Positions 1 to 10,776 of a stretch of DNA of 64,000 nucleotides are shown here, one piece after another. The stretch's first letter is position 1. Each line of letters starts with the position of its first letter. Origin of the DNA: a virus; IMG/VR virus record IMGVR_UViG_3300020122_000155, positions 1 to 64,000 of that record, one strand, 5' to 3'. The position numbers and the translations under genes were made by a program. Below the pieces are notes generated by a model that ran no database searches, had not been told where the DNA came from, and worked only from the letters and a program-made list of their open reading frames with translations.

Positions 1-52
1 AGCGTCGAACACTTGTTGTAGGGTGTTTACAGCCATTGCTTAGATCGTCCTT

Positions 53-745
53 TTAGCCAGCGACCGGCTGAGGCTTGTGCGGCTGTTGCGCCGCCGCGAG
101 CACCGCCGCTGGATTTACGCGGTTGCCCTGTCCGTCGATCAAGCGATTGCTGCACAGATGGCAGACAAAAGCGTCTTCGGGGACCGGCTGTTTGCACCAC
201 TGGCAATCGACCATGTTCGCGCTGACCTTGACATTGATCCAGTTGCGCGAGTAGTTCAGCCAAACTGCCGACTCGCGCATGGTGTCCGTGATGTGATGGA
301 ATGCCGACGCGCGCGCTAGCTTTTCGCCTTCATTGAACATGTGTTCCGCGAAGGCCGTCTGCACTTGCAGCATCTGCTGCTTTTCTTTTTCCTGCGGGAC
401 GGTACCGATGATGCGCATGATTCCAGGCGCGGCTCCGGCTGGCACTCCAATCATGTTCCCCGCCCAGTGGGAAATCAGGTTGTCAACGATCTGGTTCACA
501 TCCACCGGAGCCTGATCGTAGGCCAATTTGTTCCCTTCCGATTTGATCGGGTTGGGGACACTTTCAAAGGCGTCGCTCACCGTCAGGATGAACGGCTTTC
601 CGTTGCGCGGCACTGGCTCCAATTCGTAGAGCGTGCATCGCCCGTGCTTCGGGTTGATCGACGGCCCATGATACATCTTGACCGGTTCGACCTTGCCGTA
701 ATAAATGCTGGCGATTCGAACCTCTTCAGCTTGATACTTTCCCAT
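53..745 (-). CDS. Hypothetical phage protein with C-terminal zinc ribbon
   Basis: Start moved to ATG 745 (AAGGAG upstream); CQWC...CHLC motif near the C-terminus. Confidence 0.6.
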   Translation of the reverse strand: MGKYQAEEVRIASIYYGKVEPVKMYHGPSINPKHGRCTLYELEPVPRNGKPFILTVSDAFESVPNPIKSEGNKLAYDQAPVDVNQIVDNLISHWAGNMIGVPAGAAPGIMRIIGTVPQEKEKQQMLQVQTAFAEHMFNEGEKLARASAFHHITDTMRESAVWLNYSRNWINVKVSANMVDCQWCKQPVPEDAFVCHLCSNRLIDGQGNRVNPAAVLAAAQQPHKPQPVAG

Positions 746-924
746 TAGACTGACTCCTTGATTTCGTATTTGTTGCCGCAATTCCCGCACAAGCGAAATT
801 TGCCTTCGAGGACGCCATTGGACGCCCCGCATTTCGGACAGTAGCCGCTCCCAACTGCCGCAGCTACCTTCGCCGCGTGAGCCGCCCTTGCCTCTTCCTC
901 ACCGACTTGCTTTGAGCTTTCCAT
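745..924 (-). CDS. Small zinc-ribbon protein (59 aa, not in ORF track)
   Basis: MESSKQVGEEEARAAHAAKVAAAVGSGYCPKCGASNGVLEGKFRLCGNCGNKYEIKESV; GGAG SD; TAATG coupling to the next gene. Confidence 0.6.
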   Translation of the reverse strand: MESSKQVGEEEARAAHAAKVAAAVGSGYCPKCGASNGVLEGKFRLCGNCGNKYEIKESV

Positions 925-1528
925 GCGCCAACTCCCTCTTGGTTGCGGGAAGCGAGACGTATCCGCCGCGCTTTCCAGGTTGATAATTCGCGAAAGCTGG
1001 CATTAGGTCGCGCACTTCGTCTCGAATAACGCGATCCTTTTCCTTCTCGATGTAATCCGCTTCGCGCTGCATATCGATGATGCGATTCTCCAGCGACATC
1101 GAGCGCTGTTCGCGGATGCAGTGGATGAAATGCTCCGTGTCCGCCAGCGTCGGAACTTGGAACGGATCGAGCGAGGCGTTCGTGTGGATGCGGTAGCCGT
1201 TGGCCGGATAATCCGCCATCGGGAAATTATGCTGCCACATCGGTAGCTCCTCTGGAGGGAACCACTTCGTCACGACCCACTGGTTCTTCAGCTTATCGGA
1301 CAGCTTGACCCGAGCGTATTCGGGAACCACCATTTCGATCCACTCGGTTTCGCCCGAGTCCAGCAACTTCGCCGGGACGCGCTTTGTGACCATGCGCCCG
1401 GTGCGGAATTGAGGCCAAAATAGGTCTTCGGACCAAGCCCACTGAAAGATAGGCTCCGATTGAGGGTTGCGTCCCAGTTCTCGCCCAAGAAGTTCGTTAA
1501 ATTTCGCTACGTCTTTCGCGGTAGACAT
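899..1528 (-). CDS. Hypothetical phage protein
   Basis: 209-aa ORF abutting its neighbours in the minus-strand late operon. Confidence 0.65.
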   Translation of the reverse strand: MSTAKDVAKFNELLGRELGRNPQSEPIFQWAWSEDLFWPQFRTGRMVTKRVPAKLLDSGETEWIEMVVPEYARVKLSDKLKNQWVVTKWFPPEELPMWQHNFPMADYPANGYRIHTNASLDPFQVPTLADTEHFIHCIREQRSMSLENRIIDMQREADYIEKEKDRVIRDEVRDLMPAFANYQPGKRGGYVSLPATKRELAHGKLKASR

Positions 1529-2095
1529 TTATACTCCCGGCTTCGGCATGATGATCGCGGCGATATCTGGGTGTATCGGCTCAGTCACCCGCTGCGCGCC
1601 CACGGGCTGCGCCACGGGCGCAGAAAGCGTCGCCGTTGCGTCATGGGCAAGTTCCCCCATCGCCTTCGCGATTTCGGCTTTCAATTCGGCATTCTCCGCC
1701 AGCAGCTTATCCCGCTCGGCGACGACCTCCAGATACGCCTCTGACGACTTCTCCGCTGCGTCCGCCGCAATTGCCTCATGCTTCAGCGTGATATTCGTCA
1801 TCTCAGCCTTCAACGCATCGTGCGCCGCCGCCAGCTTCAGGTACTCATGCGTCGCCTCTGCCGCATTCGCGTTGATCGTCTTTTTCAAGCGATCATTTTC
1901 GGCCAGCAAGTCGCGATAGTACGTCCCACTGAGATCCATCGTCGCCCCGCTGACCGCCGCCGCTACTTGCGCGTGCGCCTCGGCTTCGGTGAACATCGGT
2001 GGGCCGACCTTCTCAGGCTCCGGCATTAACTTGCATCCGCAGGCTTGGCAGTACATGCCGCTCGCGGGCTTCTTACAGACTGGGCAGGGGTTCAT
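1529..2095 (-). CDS. Hypothetical protein with N-terminal Zn finger and coiled coil
   Basis: CPVC..CQAC followed by heptad-rich sequence; ATG 2095 preceded by GGAG. Confidence 0.55.
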   Translation of the reverse strand: MNPCPVCKKPASGMYCQACGCKLMPEPEKVGPPMFTEAEAHAQVAAAVSGATMDLSGTYYRDLLAENDRLKKTINANAAEATHEYLKLAAAHDALKAEMTNITLKHEAIAADAAEKSSEAYLEVVAERDKLLAENAELKAEIAKAMGELAHDATATLSAPVAQPVGAQRVTEPIHPDIAAIIMPKPGV

Positions 2096-2206
2096 GATTT
2101 CTCCATTGACATTACTGTCCATAAAATAGTAAGATAAAAGTCGAGCCACCGTATCGGTGAAAACGATGCGATGGCCCTAGCAAAACGATCCGAGGAGGGA
2201 TCGACA

Positions 2207-2641
2207 ATGCCTAAGCCCTATCTTGACATAACCGACCGCGACATGGCGGTAGCATGGTTCACTTGGGACACCGCGATGCTCACCGTGTCTGAAGCGATAT
2301 CCAAGTTCCCCGGAAACCAGATTCCTAAACGCGGATTCCGCACAACCATTTTCCGCAGTTACACGGACAAGGCCAAATTGCGGGTTCGCCGTCGTCTTTC
2401 GCTCGTTCAGAGTCACGGCAACATCCCACCCATTACCGATATGAGCTTTGTGGTCGCGTCGGTAGCCGACATCATGACGTTCCACCGCAACATGCCGGAA
2501 GGCGAGATAAGAGAAGGCTTGTTTTACGCGCTGCTTGTACTATATTCGCACGTCAAAAACATTCCTTCGGAGAGAGTCCCGAAGGTCCCCACCGAAGAAG
2601 TGTTCGCGTGGGTGAAAACGCTACTGGAGCCAGTTAACTAA
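2207..2641 (+). CDS. Hypothetical protein coupled to the HNH gene
   Basis: GAGGAGG SD before ATG 2207; TAATG overlap with the HNH ORF. Confidence 0.5.
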   Translation: MPKPYLDITDRDMAVAWFTWDTAMLTVSEAISKFPGNQIPKRGFRTTIFRSYTDKAKLRVRRRLSLVQSHGNIPPITDMSFVVASVADIMTFHRNMPEGEIREGLFYALLVLYSHVKNIPSERVPKVPTEEVFAWVKTLLEPVN

Positions 2642-3588
2642 TGCCGGTATTACTATGCAAACGACTGCCACTAGCCACCGACGAAAATGCCCGCCGTTTC
2701 TGGAGCTACGTCGATATTCGAGACGAAAACCAGTGCTGGCTGTGGACTGGCGCAAAGGCCGTAGGATATGGGGCGTGGGGACATCCATGTGGTCGAATGG
2801 TCAAGGCCCACCGATACGCCTTTTTCTTGTTTTACGGCGGCGATCCCTATCCGGCCACGGTTCTTCATGATTGCGACACACCGGCTTGCTGCAACCCTCA
2901 CCACATGTCTCTTGGGGACAATACGCAGAATGCCCTCGATGCCATCTCAAGAGGAAGACGCCCGAGCAAGCAGGAGCCAGTACCAGCAACTACAGCAAAG
3001 CGGCGGAGAACGCCAAAAGGTAGTTCATGCATTCCGCTTCCGCCAATTTACGCCTCGGATCGCGAACGCTTCGAAGCTAAATATATCAAAGGCCCGGTCG
3101 AACAATGCTGGGAATGGACTGCCGCCAAAACACCACGCGGGTATGGAGTCTTTGAATTTTGCTCTGGTGGAAAAGCTAGCTCGTCCAGGGCGAATAGGGT
3201 TGCTTACGCGATTCACCATGACGCCGATCCGTACCCGCATCTCGTGCGCCATATATGTGACAATCCGCCTTGCGTAAATCCTCATCATCTTGTTCTCGGG
3301 GATCACATCGAGAACGAACAAGATAAAATTGACAGGCAACGCTTGCCTTATGGCGACCGCAACGGAAGCCGACTCTATCCTGAGCGACTAAAACGTGGCG
3401 TCGAGCACGGCATGTCTAAGCAGACGCCAGCCATCGCGGAGGACATTCTTAGATTGGCTGCGATTGGCGAACTCAGCTATCAGAAAATCGCCGATTTTAT
3501 CTTTGAAAAATACGGCGTTAGGTTGTGCATGAACACTGTCAGGCTGACGGCTCAAGGGAAAAATTCCTTCGGGAAAAGGGCGGATTGA
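2641..3588 (+). CDS. HNH homing endonuclease with two tandem HNH domains
   Basis: Two CW.WT...GYG...AHR/ANR...H.CD.P.C.NP.H motifs. Confidence 0.9.
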   Translation: MPVLLCKRLPLATDENARRFWSYVDIRDENQCWLWTGAKAVGYGAWGHPCGRMVKAHRYAFFLFYGGDPYPATVLHDCDTPACCNPHHMSLGDNTQNALDAISRGRRPSKQEPVPATTAKRRRTPKGSSCIPLPPIYASDRERFEAKYIKGPVEQCWEWTAAKTPRGYGVFEFCSGGKASSSRANRVAYAIHHDADPYPHLVRHICDNPPCVNPHHLVLGDHIENEQDKIDRQRLPYGDRNGSRLYPERLKRGVEHGMSKQTPAIAEDILRLAAIGELSYQKIADFIFEKYGVRLCMNTVRLTAQGKNSFGKRAD

Positions 3589-3616
3589 AAATCCGCCCAA
3601 GTCCTTTTAAATCAAC

Positions 3617-4957
3617 TCATTGGCCGGAAGGGATGGCCAGCGCGTAAAATACCACGCTACAGCCGGGGTCAACGGAGTAGACGTTGTTAGTATTCACGAC
3701 GTAAAATTGGAAGCCCGCTTGGGGATTGCCCGTGGTCGCCGAGTGGCCGATGAAGATGCGCTGTCCTTCGGGGGTTTCCATGAACGTGATGTCCTGCAAG
3801 TTGACCACGCCGAAGTTGGTCGGATTGAACCAATCGACGCGGGACTTGTTGGCGTAGCGGGAGACGTAGTGCTCAACGTCGCCAGCGGTGAAGGTGTCGC
3901 CGTAGTTGGTGCCCTTCGGAACGATGTCGATCATCTTGTCGGAGGCTCCACGGAACCAGTTGGAGATGGTGACCCCTTCCAGATACCAGGAAGCGCGCTG
4001 CGCCATGTGGCAGACACCGATGGTTGCGGCGTAGGCTTCATCGTCACGGCGCTGAATCAGTTGCGATTTGCCGGACAGAAGCAGGGACGGCGTGAAGAAC
4101 CCGCCAGCGGCATTGACGGTCGGGCAGGCCAATTCGTAGGCGGACGAATAGGCGAGGCCGAGCAGCGAGCCGGTGGTATTGGTCGTGTTGAAGGTGTAGA
4201 TTCCGTAGCGCCATGAGCCCGAGGCGATGGTCGCAGAGACAGCGGCCATATTCGGGAAAACAAGCTGATCAGTGGAAGTCGGCGTGTAGTTGGCCGCTCC
4301 TACCGTGATGGTGACTTGGTTCGCGGCGAAGTTGATGCTCTTGATGCGCGCGCCAGCGGCCAGGATCACGTTGGAGCCGTTCGTCACGTCCACGAGGGCG
4401 CTCTTGCCGCGCAAGCGGATGTAGGTGAAGGCTGCGGTTTCCAACTGATAGACAACATCGGTGCCAGCGTTGCCGTTGCCGGAGACGATGGAAGTGGCCT
4501 GCGCCAGAATGCCGGTGCCGTCTTGGAAGAGGCCGATTTCGTTGTACAGCGCCATTTCCTTGATCGCATTGCCGATGGAAAACTGCAATGCGTTGGTGAT
4601 GGCCTGCTCTTTGGACTCGGTGCCCATCATGGCCAGCGAGGGAACGTTGAACGCGATGTTATTCGCGAAGTACCCGAGCGTCATGTAGGCCGAGTTCATC
4701 AGAGAACCGGTCCCGAGATCGCCGCCGTCCAAGTTGAATGCTTGGTAGTCGCCGCCGACCGAGAGCAATACGGGGATGCGCCAGCCTTGCACCGCGCCGG
4801 AACCTGCGTTCCAGTTCGAGATGCGGTGCTTTTCCGCGCGCTTCTTGAAGAGTTGGGCGAATTTGGATTCGCTGCGGGTGAGAAAATAGGAAAGTTTTGG
4901 CCGCACTTTTTCAAGCATGGTCGCAACTACCTGAGAACTGTACTGTCCGATAGCCAT
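3617..4957 (-). CDS. Major capsid protein (probable)
   Basis: 446 aa, strongly biased codon use, directly after portal and scaffold, AAGGAG SD. Confidence 0.7.
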   Translation of the reverse strand: MAIGQYSSQVVATMLEKVRPKLSYFLTRSESKFAQLFKKRAEKHRISNWNAGSGAVQGWRIPVLLSVGGDYQAFNLDGGDLGTGSLMNSAYMTLGYFANNIAFNVPSLAMMGTESKEQAITNALQFSIGNAIKEMALYNEIGLFQDGTGILAQATSIVSGNGNAGTDVVYQLETAAFTYIRLRGKSALVDVTNGSNVILAAGARIKSINFAANQVTITVGAANYTPTSTDQLVFPNMAAVSATIASGSWRYGIYTFNTTNTTGSLLGLAYSSAYELACPTVNAAGGFFTPSLLLSGKSQLIQRRDDEAYAATIGVCHMAQRASWYLEGVTISNWFRGASDKMIDIVPKGTNYGDTFTAGDVEHYVSRYANKSRVDWFNPTNFGVVNLQDITFMETPEGQRIFIGHSATTGNPQAGFQFYVVNTNNVYSVDPGCSVVFYALAIPSGQ

Positions 4958-4982
4958 TGTTGGCTCCTTTGAGAAATTGAGA

Positions 4983-6347
4983 TTACTTTACCGTGGTGTA
5001 CTGCTTGAACTCGGGATCTTCGAAAATGTTGTAATGTCCCGGCTTGTCCGGTGGCTGTTGCCCGTTCGGAGGAGCGGCGGTCCTAGGCTTCGGCGTAGGC
5101 TGAGCGGCTCTGGGCTTTGCCACGGCTGCTGCGGTGGCATTTTTGAGTAACGGGGCCGCGATGGAAGGGGTGTACTTCTTTACGCGGGCCAAAAAATCGT
5201 TGATGTATGTCTGGGCGCGAGGCTGAAGGGCTACGGGGTTTTCACGTCGATCCCAGGCATTTCGGAATTGCGATTCGATCATCGCGCGGTCGCTCGAATG
5301 GTTCCGGGCGAATAGCGCATCTTGCTTGATGGCATCGATTACCTTGTCGCGAGTCTGCCGACGAACCGCCGAGAAAATCTCTGGATCGTATTTGTCTTTC
5401 ACCGGAGCCAGAATCTTGTCGATTTCGGCGTCAAACTGCGCCCACTTTTGGCCATCGAGAACCTGCTTGTTCCATCCTTCGAAGTCGCGATCCTGCAAAT
5501 CCTTTGCCTGCTTCTGGATCTGCTGTTCGCGCTGCGAAAGCTGCTGCGCTTCCTGCTCGCGCTTATCGACCGGCTTGAGCCCCTGAACCCGATACTGCTG
5601 CTGGAGGGTCTGATCGTTCGTCCGAAACTTTCCGTTGACGCTCCAATCGAGATATTGCGCGACTTTCAGCAGTTCGTCGTCCGGGTTGTTCAGGTCGCCC
5701 TCGTTGATTGCTTTCTGATAGGCTTCCTCGATGCGGTCGTTCAGGATGCTCGACTCTATCTTGCTGTAAACGTCTTTACCGAAGGTTGGCCGGTTCGGAT
5801 CGCTCATCGCCTTGAGCGCCTGCGGAAGCTTTTCGGCCATGCGCGCGAACGAGTTCTGATATTGGAACTTCTCGTTCAAATCTTGGGCGTTGTTACCCGC
5901 GAAGAAGCCGAGAATCTGATCAATCTGCTGATCGCCGCCAGCAACGAAGTCAGAGCGCAGCAAACGCCAGTCCGATTGCTCATCCGCCGCGAATTTAGCG
6001 TCCTGCGCGGTCGGAAAGTAGTTCTGAACCTGCGTCGCATACTCCTTCATCCCGTTGAAGGTCGCAATTTCCGCTTTTGGGACGATGTAGCTGTTCCCAT
6101 CCTCAGAAAGCTGATACGGAGCGTCGGCGGTCGGCCCTTCTCCGCCAGGAGTCTGCGGCGCGGCTTCTCCCGGCGCGGGAGGCGTTGTCGGCGCTTCTCC
6201 GCCCGGTACTTCCTCTGCGCCAGCTTCGGCGGTTGCTGCTTCGTTTGTAGCTTCTGTGTAGGCGTCTCCTAGCGTCGAGCCAAGCTCGGAGAACACGTCT
6301 GTTTCAAGTTGCGCTTCGCCTGCGCTCGGCATCTCAGTTGCGGTCAT
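4983..6347 (-). CDS. Capsid scaffolding protein (probable)
   Basis: Acidic/Pro-rich N-terminus, helical core, between portal and capsid genes. Confidence 0.55.
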   Translation of the reverse strand: MTATEMPSAGEAQLETDVFSELGSTLGDAYTEATNEAATAEAGAEEVPGGEAPTTPPAPGEAAPQTPGGEGPTADAPYQLSEDGNSYIVPKAEIATFNGMKEYATQVQNYFPTAQDAKFAADEQSDWRLLRSDFVAGGDQQIDQILGFFAGNNAQDLNEKFQYQNSFARMAEKLPQALKAMSDPNRPTFGKDVYSKIESSILNDRIEEAYQKAINEGDLNNPDDELLKVAQYLDWSVNGKFRTNDQTLQQQYRVQGLKPVDKREQEAQQLSQREQQIQKQAKDLQDRDFEGWNKQVLDGQKWAQFDAEIDKILAPVKDKYDPEIFSAVRRQTRDKVIDAIKQDALFARNHSSDRAMIESQFRNAWDRRENPVALQPRAQTYINDFLARVKKYTPSIAAPLLKNATAAAVAKPRAAQPTPKPRTAAPPNGQQPPDKPGHYNIFEDPEFKQYTTVK

Positions 6348-6536
6348 ACTTCTCCTTGTTGTGCGGTAGCCAAAATTGGCAGCACTTAGCGATGCGTGGC
6401 CTTGGCGACGCTCGGTAAGCGGTGCTTTTTCTTGGGTCTACGGCTGGTTTTACTGAAAAATCGTGGTAAAATAGAAACGGCCCGCGAGAGCATTATCAGT
6501 GCTCGGCGAGCCTGACCAAGAGCAACTTTCTAGGAG

Positions 6537-7151
6537 ATGCAGATGGCTAAAACTAGTAAAGCACAGTTGAGAGGCGCAACGCTGAAGGAGCGCCTACTGC
6601 ATTATTCAATCCCCGAACCGAATAGCGGATGCTGGCTGTGGACCGGAGCCTTGGACAAAGACGGCTATGGACTCACTAACGAAGGCGGAAAGCAAAAACG
6701 CGCCCATCGTGCGGCATACGAAGTATTCATCGGCCCGGTGCCAGCCGAGTTAGTGATAGACCATCTCTGTCGCGTCCACTCCTGCATCAATCCTTGCCAT
6801 CTCGAAATCGTTACGACAAAGGAAAATATTCTGCGCGGGATAACCGGGCAACTAAAAAACCGCAGTCATTGTGATGCCGGTCATGAATTTACCGAGCAAA
6901 ACACCGCCTATGATCGCAAAGGGTATCGCTATTGCAGAAAGTGCAAACGTGCGAGAACGCGCGCAACTGAGACGCGCAATCCAGCGATGAAAAAGGCTCA
7001 ACAGAGACGAACGTACCTCCGTCGAAAAGAGCGTGGACTCACTGCACGGCCCCCTCGATTGGGGGCTGCGGCATCAATGGAGAAGGCGGAGCCATCGGGA
7101 CCTGCTGGCCAGTTGCCGGATTTATCTCCCCTGGCTTCAATGGAGGAGTGA
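6537..7151 (+). CDS. HNH homing endonuclease
   Basis: PNSGCWLWTG..DKDGYG..AHR..DHLCRVHSCINPCHLE; overlaps the portal 3' end on the opposite strand. Confidence 0.9.
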   Translation: MQMAKTSKAQLRGATLKERLLHYSIPEPNSGCWLWTGALDKDGYGLTNEGGKQKRAHRAAYEVFIGPVPAELVIDHLCRVHSCINPCHLEIVTTKENILRGITGQLKNRSHCDAGHEFTEQNTAYDRKGYRYCRKCKRARTRATETRNPAMKKAQQRRTYLRRKERGLTARPPRLGAAASMEKAEPSGPAGQLPDLSPLASMEE

Positions 7152-9474
7152 TCGGAGCCACCTTAACGCCATCTGGGATAATGCCGAGCTTATCCAGCGA
7201 TGCTTGGATCGCGTCACTTCCCAACTCGGAACCTTTGACGCTAAGGGCGACCGAGGTCTTGGGAGGCGGCGGAGGCGCAGGCGTATTGGCGGCAGCTTCG
7301 CAAGCCTGTCCATATAGGACGCAGTTTTGATATCCGTCCGGGTGCGATTGCTTTAGTGGAGAATTGACGATCAGAAACGCCTTCACGAGCCTCGCCATGA
7401 AATCTTTGTCGTCTTCCCAATCGGGTTGGATCGAAGCTTGCTGTTGTCCCGGAGAGCCATCTGGATTGGGCTGGCCGGGAACCGGCTTCTCAGAAAGAAG
7501 CTTGTCGATTACATCCATACCCTTGTCTCTATCATCGAGATGCGGGGTTCTCTCACCGGGCATCCCGAGCAGTTGCTTGAAAGTGAAGATGTTGAGAACA
7601 TCGTTGAATCCCCACAAATCTAGAAGCTCTTTCGGCTTGTCTAGCATCCACATAAGGAGATCACGCTGCTGGCCATATGTAAGTGGGATCGCCTCATCAA
7701 AATCGAAGTGATATTTCCCATGCTTTAGGTCATCCATTACGACGACCATATCGTCATATCGACCAAACTGATTCTTCTGGGTGAAATTGATCACCCCTTC
7801 CGCGTACTCTCCCAATAGGCGACATGCCTTTAGGTAAACCGCCTCCAAGCTCTTGCCCATCATCTTCCACGGCACGCCCAACTGCATCAATGCCGCGTTT
7901 TTCTTCAACTCTGCTTGACGCGCAGTGGGTTCTTCGGCGTCACCGCCGCCCCAGATTGCTTCTCCGAGTCCGCTTACGTTTTGCGCGCGCTGTTCAATCT
8001 CCATCGAGAAGGGCGCGATTTGATCGGAAAACTGCACGGTCGGCGGACGATAGATAATGTCGCTCAGGCTTCCCCCTGCGGGTTTCAGCGCCGGGAATAA
8101 ATCGGCTCCAATCGCTCTACGCCGCTGCCATGCGTCGAAGTCGATGCGCGTTGGATCGCCGAATCCTGGCTCATTTGAGCGCTCAATGATCTCGTTGCGC
8201 TGATTGAGCATGTTTGTGGTGAGATCCTGCGCCTCAATCCAGTCGTTGCCCAGCGGATCAGCCATAATGCGCTTGGCCGGTTCCGGCTTTACTTCCTGCC
8301 AGCGGTCGGTGAGCTTCTGCTCCTCCATGTCGATGATGTTTCCGCGAACCGCTGTGATTTTCACGCCGGTTGGGAAATTGTCCTTCATCATCTGCTTAGC
8401 TTCTTTGTCCTCGATGCCCTCATACATCGCCGGAGTCCACCAAGTAAACCGCTCCGTCCACCGGTTTGCTCGCTTACTGCGAACTAGTCCGATGGGGCTT
8501 GCCATCGCGGAACGGATATTCTCCGCATACTGCGTACAGACGTTTTCGCCTTCGCCGATACCCATATCGGTTCCGGCTGAGTCCTTGATCTTGTCGCCGT
8601 ATTTCTTCATCAGCACAAATTTGTGCTTTTCGCGCGACCAGACCAGCCACGGACAGTCGTTGATGCACGTTGCGTCGAGCGGTACGTCTACCTCGCTGGC
8701 ATCGTGAAGGGAAATTTCGAGCGCGCCGTTTGGCTGAGGCTCTCCCGGCTGTGAGGTCGGGATGTCCGCCATTGTCGGCGGCTGATAATGCGTCTCGTTA
8801 AGCGGTTGACCGCAAGATGCGCACCCATTCGAAGGCGGTGTTGGGTTATCCGCGTCCGCATCGTTCGCGTTGCCGCAATTCGGGCAGTTAAATGAAGCGT
8901 TTCCAAGCGGAGCTTGCCCGGTGCTGAGAATGTCCGGTGTCTTATAGCCGTATTTTTCGCCGTCAAAGACGTAATCGATGTGCCAGAAGTTCGTCCCGAA
9001 GTTGAACAGGCCAAAAGTCAGATAGAGGATCTGTAATTCGAGGTTGCAACTCTGCCGGAAGTACAAAGCGGCGTTGTTTGCCGACCGTGTAGCCTTCGCC
9101 GACTCCTGATCGGACTGATTGTCGGGGACCGCGATTGCGTTCGGCATCCGGTTGCCGAGGACCGCCTCAAACTTGCGCGAATACCCACGATAGATGTTCT
9201 GGTTGTAGTCGTAAGCTCCAAATCCGTCCTGATCCGGCACGTAGGACCCATTGACGCCGGTCGCATCCACGATGCCCTGATAGATCGACGGTGCGAAATA
9301 CTGCAACGCGCGGTAGTAGAGATAGTTTTTGTGAACTTGCCGCAGGATATAGATGCGATCCGGGTCAATTTCATCCGACATCTCGGAACGCATTACGTCC
9401 GTGATGAACTTGCCGCACTTGGCAATGATCTCTTCTGTTGTCGGCGCTGGCGCTGCTGGTGCTAAGGGTTCCAT
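7039..9474 (-). CDS. Portal protein (probable) with inserted Zn-finger segment
   Basis: 811 aa, between TerL and scaffold/capsid; SGL..A..G...PTA motif typical of P22-like portals; CPNC..CASC insert. Confidence 0.7.
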   Translation of the reverse strand: MEPLAPAAPAPTTEEIIAKCGKFITDVMRSEMSDEIDPDRIYILRQVHKNYLYYRALQYFAPSIYQGIVDATGVNGSYVPDQDGFGAYDYNQNIYRGYSRKFEAVLGNRMPNAIAVPDNQSDQESAKATRSANNAALYFRQSCNLELQILYLTFGLFNFGTNFWHIDYVFDGEKYGYKTPDILSTGQAPLGNASFNCPNCGNANDADADNPTPPSNGCASCGQPLNETHYQPPTMADIPTSQPGEPQPNGALEISLHDASEVDVPLDATCINDCPWLVWSREKHKFVLMKKYGDKIKDSAGTDMGIGEGENVCTQYAENIRSAMASPIGLVRSKRANRWTERFTWWTPAMYEGIEDKEAKQMMKDNFPTGVKITAVRGNIIDMEEQKLTDRWQEVKPEPAKRIMADPLGNDWIEAQDLTTNMLNQRNEIIERSNEPGFGDPTRIDFDAWQRRRAIGADLFPALKPAGGSLSDIIYRPPTVQFSDQIAPFSMEIEQRAQNVSGLGEAIWGGGDAEEPTARQAELKKNAALMQLGVPWKMMGKSLEAVYLKACRLLGEYAEGVINFTQKNQFGRYDDMVVVMDDLKHGKYHFDFDEAIPLTYGQQRDLLMWMLDKPKELLDLWGFNDVLNIFTFKQLLGMPGERTPHLDDRDKGMDVIDKLLSEKPVPGQPNPDGSPGQQQASIQPDWEDDKDFMARLVKAFLIVNSPLKQSHPDGYQNCVLYGQACEAAANTPAPPPPPKTSVALSVKGSELGSDAIQASLDKLGIIPDGVKVAPITPPLKPGEINPATGQQVPMAPPSPLMPQPPIEGAVQ

Positions 9475-9475
9475 T

Positions 9476-10033
9476 TTAGACGGCGGCTACGGTCGGTCCT
9501 GCATCTTCGATGACGCCATCTGTGGGCGTGATTTTCGGTTCAATCTTCTTGCTCTTGGCGATCATATCTGCGACGAATTTCAGGTCTGCTGCGCGCGATG
9601 CGCCGACTCCGTTCTTGCGATTCGGCAACTGCTGCATATTGGTCGAGAATTCTTTCAGATTTGTCGGCGGTTGCTCGGGAGCCATCATCCCAAGGAACTT
9701 GGTGTTCATCAGGTCGAGCGATGCCATCCTGCCCTTGACGGCCTCGTCGCGTGCGTTTTCCGCGCGTAGAGCGAACTCGTAAGCCTTGGTGACTTGAGCC
9801 AACCGTTCGGCGGCGATGGCTTCTGCTGAGATACGCAGCGTCCGCTCGGTTTTTAGCTCAAGCTGCGCTTGTTCGAGGTCCGTGGCGAGAGATTGCGCCG
9901 TTTCGTTGGCGTTAGCGAGTTCTTCGGAGTGCTGGCGCTTGGCGATCTCCAATTGCGCCGTCAGGCTTCCGGCAACATCGCGCACGTCCACAAGATCCGC
10001 TTCGAGAGCACGGATTTTCGAAAAAGGCCACAT
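9476..10033 (-). CDS. Coiled-coil hypothetical protein
   Basis: 185-aa ORF tightly packed in the operon. Confidence 0.55.
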   Translation of the reverse strand: MWPFSKIRALEADLVDVRDVAGSLTAQLEIAKRQHSEELANANETAQSLATDLEQAQLELKTERTLRISAEAIAAERLAQVTKAYEFALRAENARDEAVKGRMASLDLMNTKFLGMMAPEQPPTNLKEFSTNMQQLPNRKNGVGASRAADLKFVADMIAKSKKIEPKITPTDGVIEDAGPTVAAV

Positions 10034-10034
10034 G

Positions 10035-10613
10035 CTAAATCGTGATAACGTGGCCGCTCGGGAGAATTTGGACTTTCGGCTGCGGATCTTGTGCCAAAAG
10101 CTCCTCCAACTCCGCGATTGTTGGGCGCTGCCTTGCGGGAGTCACCACAATTGAGCAAGCACCCTCCATTTTTTTTTCGGAATCGTGTTCAGAGCAATAA
10201 CGCGGAAGCCCATCATGCGTTTCTAGCAAACCGGTCTGGATAACTGGCCCGCTCGCCGAGCATCCGCACGGATATAGCGCGACCATGTGCTCCGATGGGG
10301 ACCAATCAGCAATTAAACGCATCGCAGCCTCGAACTTTCTTCGAAGGTCCAGTACGTCCTGATAAGCGGGATGCCACGCCCATTGATCGCGGTGGCAGAT
10401 GGTGTCCTCTTTGGTTCCGCCCATCGCCGCGACAGAACAACCGGCAAGAGAAACCTCGCGGCGCTCCGCGTCTCCTTCGGCGCGTTGGAGGCGCTGGTAG
10501 AGCAATTTGAACCGCTCCGACGCGGGGAACTCCTCTTCTCGGACTGCTGGCTTTGCGGTGGCCGCAAGCCCTAGCCATCCGCCGACCATCGCAAATACAT
10601 TTCGTCTCTTCAT
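10035..10613 (-). CDS. Hypothetical protein
   Basis: GGAGG SD, 192 aa. Confidence 0.5.
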   Translation of the reverse strand: MKRRNVFAMVGGWLGLAATAKPAVREEEFPASERFKLLYQRLQRAEGDAERREVSLAGCSVAAMGGTKEDTICHRDQWAWHPAYQDVLDLRRKFEAAMRLIADWSPSEHMVALYPCGCSASGPVIQTGLLETHDGLPRYCSEHDSEKKMEGACSIVVTPARQRPTIAELEELLAQDPQPKVQILPSGHVITI

Positions 10614-10776
10614 TGGACCTCCAACGCCTTCAAATAATCGGTCGCCTTCATGTCGTCAGGATGATTCTTATTCACGCTGGTCATAGCGCGAATCACCGAC
10701 CAATAGATGATCGACTTTGGGAGCATCCAGACAACCGCGATAAGGATATTTTCCTTGAGCCTGCGCCATTTATATT

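Noticed and set aside
3620-6272. Long plus-strand ORFs 3620-4216, 4316-4972 and 5322-6272
   Set aside because: Antisense shadows of codon-biased capsid and scaffold genes.
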